Source: Eledone cirrhosa | Lineage: Eukaryota | Reading direction: 5' to 3' | Assembly: GCA_964016885.1 (NCBI GenBank) | Contig: OZ024743.1 | Location: 181,102,001 to 181,166,000 of the forward strand | DNA length: 64,000 nt | The notes under the pieces: model-generated | Databases searched by the model: none | Told to the model about the DNA's origin: nothing | What the model saw: only the letters and a program-made list of their open reading frames with translations | Position numbers and translations under genes: made by a program | Shown here: positions 1 through 12,968 of the stretch, in pieces | Numbering within the stretch: position 1 is the first letter of the stretch | Layout of the letters: each line of letters begins with the position of its first letter

Positions 1-3000
1 CATGTTTGGCAAGCATGATGGGTAGCATCTCCAACAGCAGCCTGGTAGTCAACCACTGGTCTTACTTTATGACTGCGAAGATGACTTTCGAGTCCAGCTT
101 TGCTTAGGCAGAGTCTCGCACATACGCTGCATGTCAGCACCATAGGAGGACCCTCGCCGTCTGGAAGTGCAACAGCAATGCCGTTCCTCACATCCCGCTT
201 TACTTTCTCGTGTGCGATTCGAGATGCCTCAAAGGCAACATTTCCCTCATGTACAGTCTTTCTCCATTTATTACGATCAGCAGCAATATTTTCCCATGTA
301 TCAGCAGAGATGTTAGCGTCTTTCAGAGAGGCTTTCAAGGAGTCCTTATACCTCTTTTTTGGTTTATGTGGCGGTCGTTTTCCTTTAACCAACTCTCCAT
401 AGAAGAGTTGTTTTGGTATTCTAGAATCCTTCATCCTGGCAAGGTGACCACTCTAACGGAGTCGTTGCTTAAGCACAAGAGCTTCTATACTGTCACACAT
501 AGAGCTTTCCAAAATCTCGACATCACTGATATGGTCCCTCCAGTGAACGCCGTGGATCCGTCTGAGACACATCTGATGGAAACGCTCCAATTGCTTAAGG
601 TGGTGTCGATATGTGACCCAGGTCTCGCAGGCATAAAGAAGACAAGAGAGTACACATGCCCTGTACACCTTTACCTTTGTCCTCCTGCATATGTCTCGCC
701 GACCCCAGAGTCGCCTTTCTAGCTTTCCGAAAGCATCACTTGCTTTCCTAATCCTAAGTGAGATTTCACTGTCAAGGTTGCCGTATCGATTGACAGTGCT
801 TCCCAGGTAGACAAACTGATCAACCACTCCAAGTCGTTTGCCATACACATAGATGTTTGGTTCAGTATACTGCTTACCAGGGGCAGGTTGGTACATGACG
901 ACGGTTTTCTTGAGACTGACAGTCAGACCTAGGGCAGTGCAAGCGTCAGAAAATGCATTCAAAAGGTGCTGCATATCACTCTCTGTGTGCGCTACAAGAT
1001 CGCAATCATCTGCATACAAGAGGTCTCTTATGATTGATGTAAATACTTTTGTCTTCGCAGCAAAGCGCCTGATGTTAAATATGCTGCCTGAGGTTCGATA
1101 TCGGATGTAAACACCATGCTCGCAATTCCTGAATGCAATACAGAAAACCATTGCAAAGTATATGGCAAACAGGGTCGGTGCTGGAATCCCCCTGTTTCAC
1201 TCCATTTTTTACTGAGATAGGCTCCGACACGTTACCTCCGACATTAATCCAAGCCTTCATGTCGTCATGGAAAGACCTAACTAAAGCAAGGAACTTATCA
1301 GGGCAACCAAGTTTCTGGAGAACCTTCCATAATGCATCTCTGTTGACAGTATCGAAAGCCTTTGTCAGATCGACAAAAACCTGATACAGATCCAAGCCTT
1401 GTTCAATGCACTTCTCCTGGAGCTGTCTGGCTGAGAAGATCATATCAGTAGTGCCGCGTCCAGCACGAAAACCAGATTGACTTTCAGGAAGAACACAATC
1501 TGCAATGTGTGTCAGCAGACGGTCCAGAAGCACCCTACATAAAACTTTCCCTACGACAGAAAGCAATGATATACCTCTGTAGTTCCCACAATCATTCCTG
1601 TTACCCTTTCCCTTGTACAAGACCACCATTACTGCATCTCTCCAGTCCTCAGGTACGGATTCATTAGCCCATATCCTTCCAAACAAAGAGTGCAGACGTT
1701 GCAGGAGTCTCTCACCACCATATTGTAGGAGCTCAGCATGTATGCCATCCATACCTGGAGATATTCCACTGTTCAGCTTCGAAATAGCCACTGCAACCTC
1801 CACAAGCGTCGGAGGTTCTGCGAGAGCTACTTTCACAGGACTTTCTGGAATGAGATTGAGGAAATCTTCACTGACGACAGACGGCTGATTCAAAAGATCA
1901 TCAAAGTGCTCTCGCCACCTTCGTAGAATTCCCTGTGAGTCACGAAGAAGTTCTTTGCCATCCTTGCTGCGAAGCGGTGTCACCAGAGAAGAAGACGGTC
2001 CATAAACCTCACGCAAGAGACTGTACAACAGCTTTGTGTTATTGGAATCAGACGCAGTTTGTATCTCACCAGCCTTCTCACTCCACCACTGATCCTTCAT
2101 CTGAGAAAGACTCCGGATAACACGTGATTTTACATCCCTGAGCTCCTCATGCAACGTATTCCTCTCCTGTGGTTTTGCCGTCAAGTAGCGTGACAGAGCA
2201 CGCCTCTTATCAGCCAACAAGTCTGCTATATGTACATCATTCTCATTAAACCAGTCCTGATGTTTTCTCTGCACCAATCCCAGAACACGCCTGCCTACAT
2301 CATAAACCGACTTTTTAAGGGTCGGCCAATCCTCACCAAGATCTGCATCCTGCATCTCTTCTTCCAATGTCCTCTTCACATTTTTATCCTTAAGACGAGC
2401 AGCATTCAATCTTTTGGGCAGGGTAACACCAGGAGCCCGGATTTTACGTTTGGTGATTAGTTTCACTTTTGCGCGTACCAGGCGGTGGTCCGTCCAGCAC
2501 TCAGCTCCACGAAGAACACGAACACACTGCACATCCTGTCTGTCACGCATCCTGACTAGGACGTAGTCCAAAAGATGCCATTCCTTAGATGCAGGATGCA
2601 TCCATGTGGTCTTGAATTTGTTCTTTTGTTGGAACATGGTGCTGGTAACACACAGATCCAGCTCCTCACACATCTGCAGTAGGAGCATACCATTGCTGTT
2701 ACACTTTCCCACCCCATGCCTTCCGATTACTTTCCATGTGTTAAAATCCCTACCCACTCTAGCATTAAAGTCACCAAGCACGATGACTTTGTCTGTCTGA
2801 GGGATATTTCTTAGAACACCTTTCAAGGCATGGTAAAAGGACAGTTTTTCTTCATCGACAGAATTCATAGTTAGAGCATACACACTCACCAGGGTAGCAT
2901 ATCTTCCTTTGTCCAGCGGAACTCTCATGGACATAAGCCGCTCACTAATCCCTACTGGGAATTCTTCTAATTTATTCACAAGTACAGTCTTAACAGCAAA

Positions 3001-3378
3001 TCCTACCCCAGCCTCTCTTCTGGTTCCTTCATCTCTTCCTTTCCAGAAGAATGTATATTCTCCACAAAATTCCGTAAGATGACCATCTCCAGCTAACCTC
3101 GTCTCAGATAAAGCCACGATGTCAAGATCGTAACGTCGAAGCTCCTTTGCAACAAGAGCGGTCCTTCGCTCAGGACGCTCCAAGGAATCCCTGTCAAGCA
3201 GCGTCCGTACGTTCCAGCAGCCAAGACTAAATGCCTTGTTTGGCTCTATTACAATGGCACGATGACGAGCGGGCCCAGGCTGTGATAACTTGGGGCCTCT
3301 GCCCTTATTGCCAATGATCTTTTTTGTTCCAGAACCTAAATTGCCAATTATCTCTTTTACATTGTTCTGGGACATCAT
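1..3378 (-). mobile_element. RTE-clade non-LTR retrotransposon (APE endonuclease + RT + C-terminal C2H2 finger), disrupted; runs off the left edge
   Basis: ORF 1075-3378 has GCWNVRT, ALSETR, LGDFNARVG, LLDYVL, WTDH (APE) and NYRGISLL, QSGFR, FVDLTKAFDTV, GVKQGD (RT). A frameshift near 1180 leads into 453-1151 (LYADD, YLGS). After a TAG at 453-455 the frame continues SGHLARM...LFYGEL to CSVC-x12-HLRSH at ~70-130. Confidence 0.95.
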
Positions 3379-3442
3379 TGAATTGGGAAAAAAAAAAGAA
3401 AAAAAAAGTAATAATAATAGTAATAATAATAATAATAATAAT

Positions 3443-4071
3443 CGAAAAACAACCTATACAAATACGTGACCTATAGTAAGGAGCCAATGCTCAGAACTGT
3501 ACTGAAGGAGGGGACAGTAGGCCAGGGGATGTCCAAGGAGGAAATAACATCAAGGAGGAAGAGCAGCCTTAAGGGAAAATCCCTTCATAGTACCTTCTTT
3601 GAGAAAACTGAATTTAGAGATCCACAGACATGGAACTGGTTGAGAAGAGGAGACCTCAAAAAGGCTACAGAAGGAATGCTAATGGCTGCGCAGGAGCAGG
3701 CCCTCAAAACGAAGTGGTTGAAGCACCATATCTACAAGGAGGAGGCTAGCCCACTGTGCAGGATCTGTGGAGAGAGAGAGGAGACTGTGGCTCACATTGT
3801 GTCCGAGTGTAAACACCTAGCCCAGACCCACTATAAGGGCTGGAGACACGATGTGATGGGCAGGGTGATCCACTGGCACCTGTGCAAAGTAAACAATCTA
3901 CCACATTCTGAGAAATGGTATGAGCATAGGCCAGAGGCTTCAAAAGGCATGCTTGCTTGGAACAGCAAGAACCCTCCGATACGTCCTGAATATCTGAGGC
4001 TGCAGGTAGTGGCTTGATATTCAATCCAACGGACTTTCCAGTTAACCAACATCAATGACTGAGATTCAAGG
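3443..4071 (+). mobile_element. R4/Dong-clade (RLE-type) non-LTR retrotransposon 3' fragment, internally deleted, in (TAA)n
   Basis: AAQEQAL...CRICGEREETVAHIVSEC (CCHC) and WRHD motif, then a jump at ~3935 to terminal LQKACLLGTARTLRYVL. Flanked by (TAA)n on both sides, the known Dong target. Confidence 0.85.
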
Positions 4072-4083
4072 AATAACAATAAC

Positions 4084-4117
<34 letters not shown>

Positions 4118-4140
4118 GTACACTATTCATAATTATTAAT

Positions 4141-4420
4141 GCACTCGTGCAATGCCTGTGCGTGACGAATATTTTTAAAGTGAGGAAAGACTGTGCACTG
4201 AGCCAATCCCACTCTCTGAGCGACAGTAGCTATAACCCGAAAAGAAGAAAAGATCAACATCATCGGTAACTACTGAGCCGCAGGTTTTATGTCGGAGTTA
4301 ACCCAGTTTCCTGAGATGCCTTCTAGAAGAATGCCCTGACAAGGGTTAGGGTTTCTTCACTCCCAGTGGTTTAACTGCGCGATCGGGCATCCAGCCCGAT
4401 TATTTCTATGTCCCCGCGCG
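4141..4420 (-). mobile_element. RTE 5'UTR-like (Ceph-domain-like) segment; possibly the displaced 5' end of the RTE at 1-3378
   Basis: Aligns by eye with 5900-6100 (gcaatgcctgtgc, gcca.tcccactctct, aaaagaagaa...tcaacatcat). Same strand as the RTE ORF. Confidence 0.55.
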
Positions 4421-4555
4421 AAAAAAAAAAAAAAAAAAAACTCACTTATTGACACTTATACGTACGACATACACACACACGCATACATATGACCGCACAC
4501 AGCAACACATACATACAAAGAAACACACACACACGCTACTCTACTCACTTACACG

Positions 4556-4662
<107 letters not shown>

Positions 4663-4774
4663 CCGTCATTACTGATACAAGATTACAAGATTATGTCAAC
4701 TGTTGACTTTCAAGAGTTTGTATAGTTGAAGCCGATCGTACTACAGTCCAGTATTACTATAATTGCTTTACAGC

Positions 4775-4920
4775 ATAGAGTTATGGCTCTCCACGCTCTG
4801 AGCTCAAATCCCGCCGAGGTCAACCTTGCCTGTCATCCCCACGGAGTCAACAAAAGAGAGTACCAGTGATGCGCTGGGCCAGTCGCTGGATCCGTGCCAA
4901 AAGCAGAAAAATTATTATTA
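4775..4920 (+). mobile_element. tRNA-derived SINE, family 1 (partial)
   Basis: B-box-like gagctcaaatcccgcc followed by gtcaaccttgcctgtcatcc...gtaccagt and (ATT)n tail. Homologous to 46805, 53460 and 59010. Confidence 0.7.
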
Positions 4921-5682
4921 AAGTTGTTTTCTTAAGGCCCGGTCGCTGGTGATGGTGATGGTGGCGGCGGTAGTGGTGGTGGTTGCAGTTGATGTTGTTG
5001 TTGTGTTGTGTGTGTGTGTGTGTTTTGTTATTTTGAGGTTTTTTTGTTTTGTTTTTTTCCCTTTTCTTTTCTTTTCTTTTCCCTTCCTTTTTTTATGTTT
5101 TGATGCCGCTGTTGTTGTTGTTGTTGTAAATGTTCATTTCAGTTCATTCTGAAGCTGTTGTTGCTGTAAACATTAGTGCCGGTGTTGTTGTTGTTGTAGA
5201 TGTTGGGGTTGAAATCTGGTCGTTTGACTGCGTGATGTATATACACACATATACATATATATATATATATATACACATTCAACAGAGAGTAGAGAGTTTG
5301 ACAACAAGTCGATGACTTTAGTTTAGATAGGGTATGGTATGGTAATGACATGTGATGGTGGGGAGAGAGTGTAGACGTTATTGTGGTGGTGGGGACAGTG
5401 AGATGTATCTAGTTCATTTGACCGTTTTCTTCTCTTTGCAAAATTTGAATTTTAGCCATGTTATATTGAGATGTAAGTAAATGTAAAATGTAAGATATAA
5501 ATAAGGATTGCTCTGCTAAAATATACTAAAATATTTGTGTAACTTCCACAAACTTCTGTCGTGACATTCCCGAGTCCAGTGACCAAAAAATTGTTGTATT
5601 TTGATGTTTCAGAATACAAAAATTAATTAAAAACTTACCCCACGAAAAGACAGCGTGTGTTGTCCTATCTATAAGCTCCCTA

Positions 5683-6300
5683 CATACATATGGTGGCTGC
5701 CAACTCGTTTTCGAGTACGGTCACTACTTTATATCCATGTAGGAGAACCCCTACCGATGCGTTGAACGAGTGTGACTTTTTAGTCCAGCCAGCGACTTGA
5801 AAACTCTGGTACAAACACTACACTTGTGACAATTATTGACACATAGTGCTGGGCCCATGGTACCATGTGACGACAAGTGCAGAGAGATCTCCAGATATAA
5901 AGCAATGCCTGTGCCGTGAAGCTTTTATAGTGAGCAAAGGCACTGCACAAAGCCAGTCCCACTCTCTTAACCAAGATGATATTTACCAAAAAGAAGAACA
6001 AGTCAACATCATTGGATACCATCAGAGTTGCAGGTGTTATATCAGAGTTTTCCTTCTCCTAGAATTCTGCCTTGACAAAGGCTAAAGGGTCATCTCTCCC
6101 GGTGATTTTGGATGGCCATTGACTCTTAAGAGCTCCTTTGCCCTTTGACAGGTTTTGTTTTTAGTCCTGCAGGATGTCCAAAGTCACCCTCCCCACCAAG
6201 AAACCTTGGTGGGGTTGCCAGTTTAGTCGCCAACGACCCGACCATGGGACAGGTTGTACTGGGATACATGTTACCAGTAGCACCAACTGGTGACCTGACA
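5683..6300 (-). mobile_element. Bipartite non-autonomous RTE-derived element (5'UTR joined to 3' zinc-finger/tail)
   Basis: Starts gtcaggtcacc, ends ...ctcgaaaacgagttggcagccacca(tatg)n. The 3' part encodes CSVCT.VFKSLAGLKSH. Near-identical copy at 27118-27690. Confidence 0.8.
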
Positions 6301-6478
6301 TAACATATATATATATATATACATACATATATATATATATATACATACATATACATATATATATATATACATACATACATATATATATATTATATATATA
6401 TATATATATATACATACATATACTGTATATAAATCTATATACATACATATACATATACTGTATATATAGAGATATACT

Positions 6479-6513
<35 letters not shown>

Positions 6514-6639
6514 AAATTCTATTTAAATTGTTGGGATACAACAAGCAAATATTTTTATATCTGAGATAAAGCACTCAACAAATATTTTGAGTAAAAATAC
6601 GATATTAATAAATGGAAACTATATTTATAAAACCATATT

Positions 6640-6702
6640 TATTTCATTATACATATTTCAAGGACACCAAGTTAAATTATGGTGTGCTTTCATCAGATAA
6701 AA
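6640..6702 (-). ncRNA. Type I hammerhead ribozyme motif, PLE family A
   Basis: Minus strand: ttttat-CTGATGA-aagcacacc..ggtgtcctt-GAAA-tatgta-TA-atgaaa. Confidence 0.7.
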
Positions 6703-6719
6703 GATAATAGAATTCCAGT

Positions 6720-6761
6720 AGCTCTGATGAACGCCAACCAGCGTGAAACAGACTGTCAGCT
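6720..6761 (+). ncRNA. Minimal type I hammerhead ribozyme motif
   Basis: agct-CTGATGA-acgc(caacca)gcgt-GAAA-cag(a)ctg-TC-agct. All three stems pair. Confidence 0.8.
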
Positions 6762-6885
6762 TCTCTCCCTTCTTTCGCCGAAAAGAAGTAAGTGACAGAG
6801 TCACTACTTTAAAACTGATAGCGTATGGTCTTCTAAATGTTTTTAATTAAACATACGGTATATTGCTAAATTTACCATACATACA

Positions 6886-6970
<85 letters not shown>

Positions 6971-7199
6971 GGATGGGGGCTGTGAATGCATTTATATATC
7001 CTATATGTGTGTATGTTTGTGTACTTATGTGTATAGGTAGAAGCGTGTGAGGGTGTGATAAGGTGAAAGATTTTATAAGCGATAAGACTTGTGTTTCTCC
7101 CACACAATATGAGTGTCTGTATGTAACATGTGAAAGAGTATATATGTGTACATTATGGATTGAAACAGCTTACTAATGTGAGTGGCTGATCATTCCATA

Positions 7200-8212
7200 A
7201 AGACGCGTATGCTGAATGTAATTCTCAGGGAGATTCAGCGTGACATTAAGTGTCAACACTGTCTCTTTGAAATACTTATACAGTCCATCAAACGGTCTTT
7301 TAAACATACATTTCAAGGAATGTGACACCAGCCTTGAAGACAAACCAAGGCCAGGGAAAACTTCTGTTTTGAAAGATGAGGCCTTTCTTGAAATATTTGA
7401 ACAACAGCCAAACTCAAGCACTCGTACATTGTCAGCAGAACTTGATTCTTCACAAAGCACTATCAATCGATACCTTCATAAGCTCGGCCTTGTGAATAGA
7501 ATCAGTCGAGAAGTTCCTCAGGAACCTATCAATGACCATGTTCAACTATGTGTGAACATTTGAACACAACTGCAGAGGCAAATCCTCGAGATGCCCGTTT
7601 TCTGGTGTCGAATTGTAACTAGAGATATAAAATGGATCTATTTTCGTAATCTTAATAAAAGAAATAAGTTACTTCGCTCCAGACAGGCTTCAGAACCTGT
7701 TGTCAAACAAGGGTAGTTTGAACAGGAGTTCATGTTGTGTGTTTGGTGGAATTTCGAGGTGCTGCACTTCGACCTTATCCCAGATAGTCATGCTGTGAAC
7801 GCTGATCTTCATGCTCAACAACTCCTGCAAGTGTATGATGCTTTGAAATCCTGCTACCTAACATTGGTCAATCAAAGACGCGCTTTCCTACATCATGACA
7901 ATACCCCAATACACATACTGACCAATCTCAGACTTAGGAAAGTACTGCCTTACTCTGCCTACAGTCTAGACATTGCACCATCAGATTATCACCATTTCCA
8001 AGTAATTGCTCATTTCCTGCACGGACGGTGGTTCAACAATGTGGATTAGGTTGACAACAGGTAGATTTTTACCTCAAACCCAGTCAAATGGTTTTAGCGT
8101 GGAATTGAGCTTCTGGTATAACGATGGCAACAGACAATAGAAAATGGTGAGATATATTTTGTTTGAACTATTGTTTAAAGCTTGAATTACGAGAAAACTT
8201 TTGACACAAGCT
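7200..8212 (+). mobile_element. Degenerate mariner (D,D34D) transposon
   Basis: LEDKPRPG, REVPQE (WVPHEL-like), RIVTRDIKW, MLCVWWN, HHDNTPIH and YSLDIAPSDY (YSPDLAPSDY-like) spread over frameshifted ORFs. Confidence 0.9.
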
Positions 8213-8807
8213 GGGAGTTAAATGTTCTACCTTATCACACCTGTTCACAGATGTGAGGACTGAACTACTGAGTGTTACGTTATACTATCAACAAACACAC
8301 TCTGCACTAGAAACTACCTACGCTTCAATCTATTGAATCTGTTGTGATAATTAGAAATTTTATTTTATTTCATTTGTTTGTGCTTTGTAGTTGTCAATTT
8401 CGTCAACGGAGGCGGCTGAGTGTCCTTATAACATGTTCATGTCCTATAGGACCTTTGGGTTGATGTTCAGATAGAATATCTAAAGATTGATGGCTGCAAG
8501 AAAAATTTCAATGGGAATGGAATTCGAAAATGGTGCCATGCAAGGAAGAAATGATTTGATGGATAGTGAAGTGGTAGGATTAGTAGAACGTCGGACAATA
8601 TGTAACTCACTATATAGTTATATCTCTTTAAATTCTAAATCCAAATCCTAGCAGTGTCTATCGCATATTTCAATCTTCCAGTGATTACAACATATATATA
8701 GTTGTGAAATACTGTGTGGGTGTAGTATTTGGTGTATATTGAAGTGGAGTCTCCGTGTCAGGCAACAAAATGTCTTGGGATAATTAAATAACACGAAAGT
8801 GGATGAA

Positions 8808-9425
8808 GCATGACCGAATGGTTAAGAAGTTCATTTCGCAATTATTAGGTCCTTAGTTCGATCCAGTGATATATTAAAGTTAAAGTCTGTTCTAAGCCGA
8901 GAGTTCATCAGGCCAGTGCTTATACCCCGTTTCCTAGCCATTGGGTGACTGAGAGAACAATGTTCTCCCTGGACAGGACGCTGGTCTTTCGCAGGTTTAA
9001 CTTTCCAGCTATTACTGGTACTAACTTTCAGTTAAGTATACTATAACAACGTGAAATAAAGTGTTTTGCTCAAGAACACAACGCAGCAGCCTGTCCAGGA
9101 ATTGAGCCGACGACATTTCGATTGTATGTCAAGCATACCAACCATGCGCCTTCACAGTACTATGTTAGGCAAGTGTTATTTACCAGAGCTTCGGGTCAAC
9201 CAATATATTGTGAATAAGCACTGTTAGACTGAAACTGTTTGGAAGCCCGTCAGATGGACGGTGTCTGTAATTGAATGTTTTAGCCGTGCCGTTCACTGAT
9301 ACAGTGAACCTCACTCAGAATTACATAAAGAGTACGTGTCTACAGAATGCTCGGCCACTTACACGTTAATTTCATGATCAAGCTGTACTGCTGGTCGAAC
9401 AACACACATCGTCGAAACCGACTGA
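8808..9425 (+). mobile_element. tRNA-derived SINE interrupted by an antisense family-2 SINE (8880-9155)
   Basis: A box gaccgaatggttaag and B box gttcgatcc. The insert is the reverse complement of the 41130 SINE (gtgttttgctcaagaacacaacgc). Confidence 0.6.
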
Positions 9426-9849
9426 GATCCGAACGAAATTTCAAAGCGTGTAGTGATTTTTAAATTTGTTTCTGGTTCTTTGTTCTTATAAGAAATTTGA
9501 TTAAAATCTAAAATAAGAAAAAATTAAAATGTCGACTTTCACAGACAGCCAACTTTCTTCTCATTCAGATAATGTAAAAAATATGATTATTTTTAAAAAT
9601 ACATAAAAGTTAAAATTGATATATTAATGACATTGAATCATGTGAGAATCTAAAGTCTAGTCTAGAGCAGAATGTTTCCATATGCCTGGTAATTTAGAGA
9701 TTTGTTTAGTTTTTTTATTTTTTTGTTTTTTTTTAGTCTTTGTTTATGAACACCTAATGAGAAAACGTCTGCTAGGCTGTCTAACTACTAGAAACATCAG
9801 TCACATCACACGTCAAGACCGCATTAGATAATGCAGCTTTATATATCCA

Positions 9850-10320
9850 ATCCAATTCACCCGTCCAGTCCAGGACCTTCTCACTCCTGTTGAAGAAACT
9901 CCTCCTTTGTTGAACCACATCCAACCCAAGGCCTTCTAACTCCTATTGGAGGAACCCCTTTTGGTCGACTTCCACCACTTTCTGTTTGGTTTTGGTCATG
10001 TCAGAAGTGTTGCCGTAATCACCACTCTTGGTCGATTGCGGGTTGGTGAGGCTATTTAACCTATACTTGTGCTGGGCGGCCGTTGACTCTGAGGAGTTCA
10101 TCCGCCTTTTTAACAGCTCTTGTTTGTTGTTTTGTGGTTCTTTTTGTTGTTTGTTGTTGTTGTTTTTCGTTTTGTTTTTTTGTTGTTTTTATGCTGCTGG
10201 AGTTCCACTTACCCTCCTCACCAGACCAGTGTCTGGTGGGGTAGTCCGTTTAATAACCGACCATCGACCATTAAAAAGGTTGCACTGTACCAGTAACAGG
10301 CAGAAGGGTGACCTGACCAC
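9850..10320 (-). mobile_element. RTE-type 5' end fragment
   Basis: Begins gtcaggtcacc and has taaacgg..accccacca..tggtgaggaggg..aaaaggcggatgaactc..gagtcaacggcc, matching the 5' motifs of 6100-6300. Confidence 0.6.
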
Positions 10321-10852
10321 AGCTCTATATACACGATATCTCAAATAAGGAGTACAACGGTTGACCCCAGTTGAAATACATAATAATGAACTGGCCAGGG
10401 TCTAAACAGCAATATCAAAAGATACGTATTGACAAATATAAAAGGAAACGGAAAATTCTCAATAAAATCTTCGAGGTGGGATAGCTGTTGCAACGGGTGT
10501 CGCTGGCCATTGTCCGCGATAATGCCTTTGAAGTTTTGTCCGCGGGTCGCAGCCGAAACACTGCCATGGCCTATGCGTAGAGCCTGTCACCATCTCCCTT
10601 TGCCCCTTTCTTTCTTCCGTAGCCTAACAGTCCTTGCTCTTTCTCTCCTGCTCTTCTCCTTTATGACATTTACAGTGCTTTCCTCTACTTTTTTATACAA
10701 CCAGATTTACTTTTCTTTATCCTTTCCCCACTTTTTTTCATTTTTTATATAATTAATTATGAAAACTTGATAAATTCTTTCCAAAGGAAACAAATCAAGA
10801 AAACTTTGAAGTGTTTTCAGATAAGAAATCTTGCAAAACAAATACAAAAACG

Positions 10853-10920
<68 letters not shown>

Positions 10921-10924
<4 letters not shown>

Positions 10925-11679
10925 AATATATATCTAGTAACATTTATATACACACAGATGCATATCAATGCTAGCAAATATATAGGTTTTGTCTTATTAA
11001 CAATGTGGTTCAATGCATGGGGTTGCAGAACAATAATATGAGAGACGTAAAATAAGAAAATTATAAAATTAACTTACTTACTAAAAAATCACTTCCAACT
11101 AATTAGTTTCTGGAATGGAGTAAATATATTTTCCGAAGAAACACATAGAAAATCATTCCGTCATCAGGAAAGTCTTTTTCCGTATAGGTCTCCAGGCATA
11201 GCGAGGACACTGGAAACTTATTAAAAAAATAATTCAGTGGAATGGAAATAGTAAAGCGTGGACTGGATTCCAAGCCATTGAGAAAATCACTGCCTCCTCG
11301 TCTGTGGCAAATTCAAAAAGAATCAATCACGTGACATCGAGGTCAATCAGTGGAAAGCGAGTGGTTATTAAGACAGCGGCCAGCTTACTACCATAGTAGC
11401 AGTCATGGCCAAATATTGCTCGACAAATGAATTGGAGATAATTATAAGGAATTTATATCCAGTCCACGCTTTGCTATTTCCATTCCACTGAATTATTTTT
11501 TTAATAAGTTTCCAGTGTCCTCGCTATGCCTGGAGACCTATACGGAAAAAGACTTTCCTGATGACGGAATGATTTTCTATGTGTTTCTTCGGAAAATATA
11601 TTTACTCCATTCCACAAACTAATTAGTTGGAAGTGATTTTTTAGTAAGTAAGTTAATTTTATAATTTTCTTATTTTACG

Positions 11680-11686
<7 letters not shown>
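10921..11686. mobile_element. ~520-bp-family HHR element: full minus-strand unit plus inverted partial copy, in (TA)n
   Basis: 11459-11686 is the reverse complement of ~11040-11270. Intact HHR on minus at 11091-11173; the plus copy at 11552-11634 has GAAA>CAAA. Confidence 0.85.
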
Positions 11687-11720
<34 letters not shown>

Positions 11721-11721
<1 letters not shown>

Positions 11722-11908
11722 CGAAGGAAATGTGGTAAGGAACCAGGTGGAACATAACGCACCAAAGTACTCAATACTTAGGGTAGTAGAGTGGGTAATA
11801 GGAACGAGTAGGACCCCGACGGCTGACCTCAAGCCGTTTCGACGGCTAATTCTGTCCAGAATTAGCCGTCGAAACGGCTTGAGCTCAGCCGTCGGGGTCC
11901 TACTCGTT

Positions 11909-11911
<3 letters not shown>
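11721..11911. mobile_element. PLE family B short fold-back insertion
   Basis: Inverted pair ggaacgagtaggacccc...ggggtcctactcgttcc with an ~80-bp tail on the left arm. Same sequence as 40915-41103 and the ends of 59672-62291. Confidence 0.85.
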
Positions 11912-11968
<57 letters not shown>

Positions 11969-11973
11969 AATAT

Positions 11974-12016
<43 letters not shown>

Positions 12017-12019
12017 ATA

Positions 12020-12281
12020 GTAGTGAAAAAACGGGACATTATATCCAAGGTTGGTAGAGCAACCAGCCTCAAAAGATGAGTTCGGTATAGAGTTAATTCC
12101 ACAACAATTACCAAACGATACTTGAGAACACGTGTTTCACATAAAAAGGCGTATTTAACTCGTGTATGGTTACAGCTCATGAATATTTCCTTTCTCACTA
12201 TAACCATTAACTAGTGTAATAATCATTTTTTTTAGGTGAAACACGTGTCCTTAATTATGATTTGGTAATTGTTGTGGAATT

Positions 12282-12287
<6 letters not shown>
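12020..12287. mobile_element. PLE-type inverted insertion with diverged arms (HHR 3' half GAAAcacgtgTC)
   Basis: gagttaattccacaacaattaccaaa..acacgtgtttcac versus gtgaaacacgtgtc..tttggtaattgttgtggaattaactc. Confidence 0.6.
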
Positions 12288-12353
<66 letters not shown>

Positions 12354-12394
12354 CTATCTATCTATCTATCTATCTATCTATATATATATATATA

Positions 12395-12643
12395 TCTTTC
12401 ACCGTATTTTTTGACTAAAGAAATTTTAGTCTGATAATGGGGTTTAGAACCCTCAGATAAATGGAAAAAGATGAGTATTGACGTACATGTACATGTACAT
12501 GTACATCAATACTCCTCTTTTTCCATTTATCTGAGGGTTCTAAACCCCATTATCAGACTAAAATTTCTTTAGTCAAAAAATACGGTGAAAGCTATTCTAT
12601 TTTCTAATTTCAAACCTGCTCACTGTTTCAAAACATATTTACA
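12395..12643. mobile_element. Fold-back element, family C
   Basis: Near-perfect ~90-bp arms around gacgtac(atgtac)3atc with a tail on the right arm. Diverged relative at 13077-13247. Confidence 0.75.
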
Positions 12644-12660
12644 TATATATATATATATAT

Positions 12661-12968
12661 ACAATAGAAAGAAAATGAAGAAGTTTCGTTTACATACTAA
12701 AAATATTTGTATATTGACCTGTTACGCGCTTTTCGCAGAGGATTGGCTCCCATAGGAGTTATGGATACGACTCCAGTATCGATCTGCTCGTCAGACTGGT
12801 GATGTGACAAAATATATATTTTTGCTGTGAAACGTACGTAACAGGTCAGTACACAATAAATATTTTTCATATGTAAACGGAACTTCCTCGTTTTCTTTTT
12901 CTATTATATACACTCTGCCTGTGCATAGAGTGCTTGATTGGGTACCAGTAATTCACTGTACTACCCAC

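Noticed and set aside
100-2800. Plus-strand ORFs overlapping the RTE, and antisense ORFs over the Tx1 copies
   Set aside because: Shadow frames of retroelement coding sequence with no recognisable motifs.
6170-6300. HDV-like or twister ribozyme at the RTE-derived 5' end
   Set aside because: A P1-like ggtcacc/ggtgact pairing and a GGAGGG exist, but P3/P1.1/J4-2 or the twister P4 loop could not be assigned.
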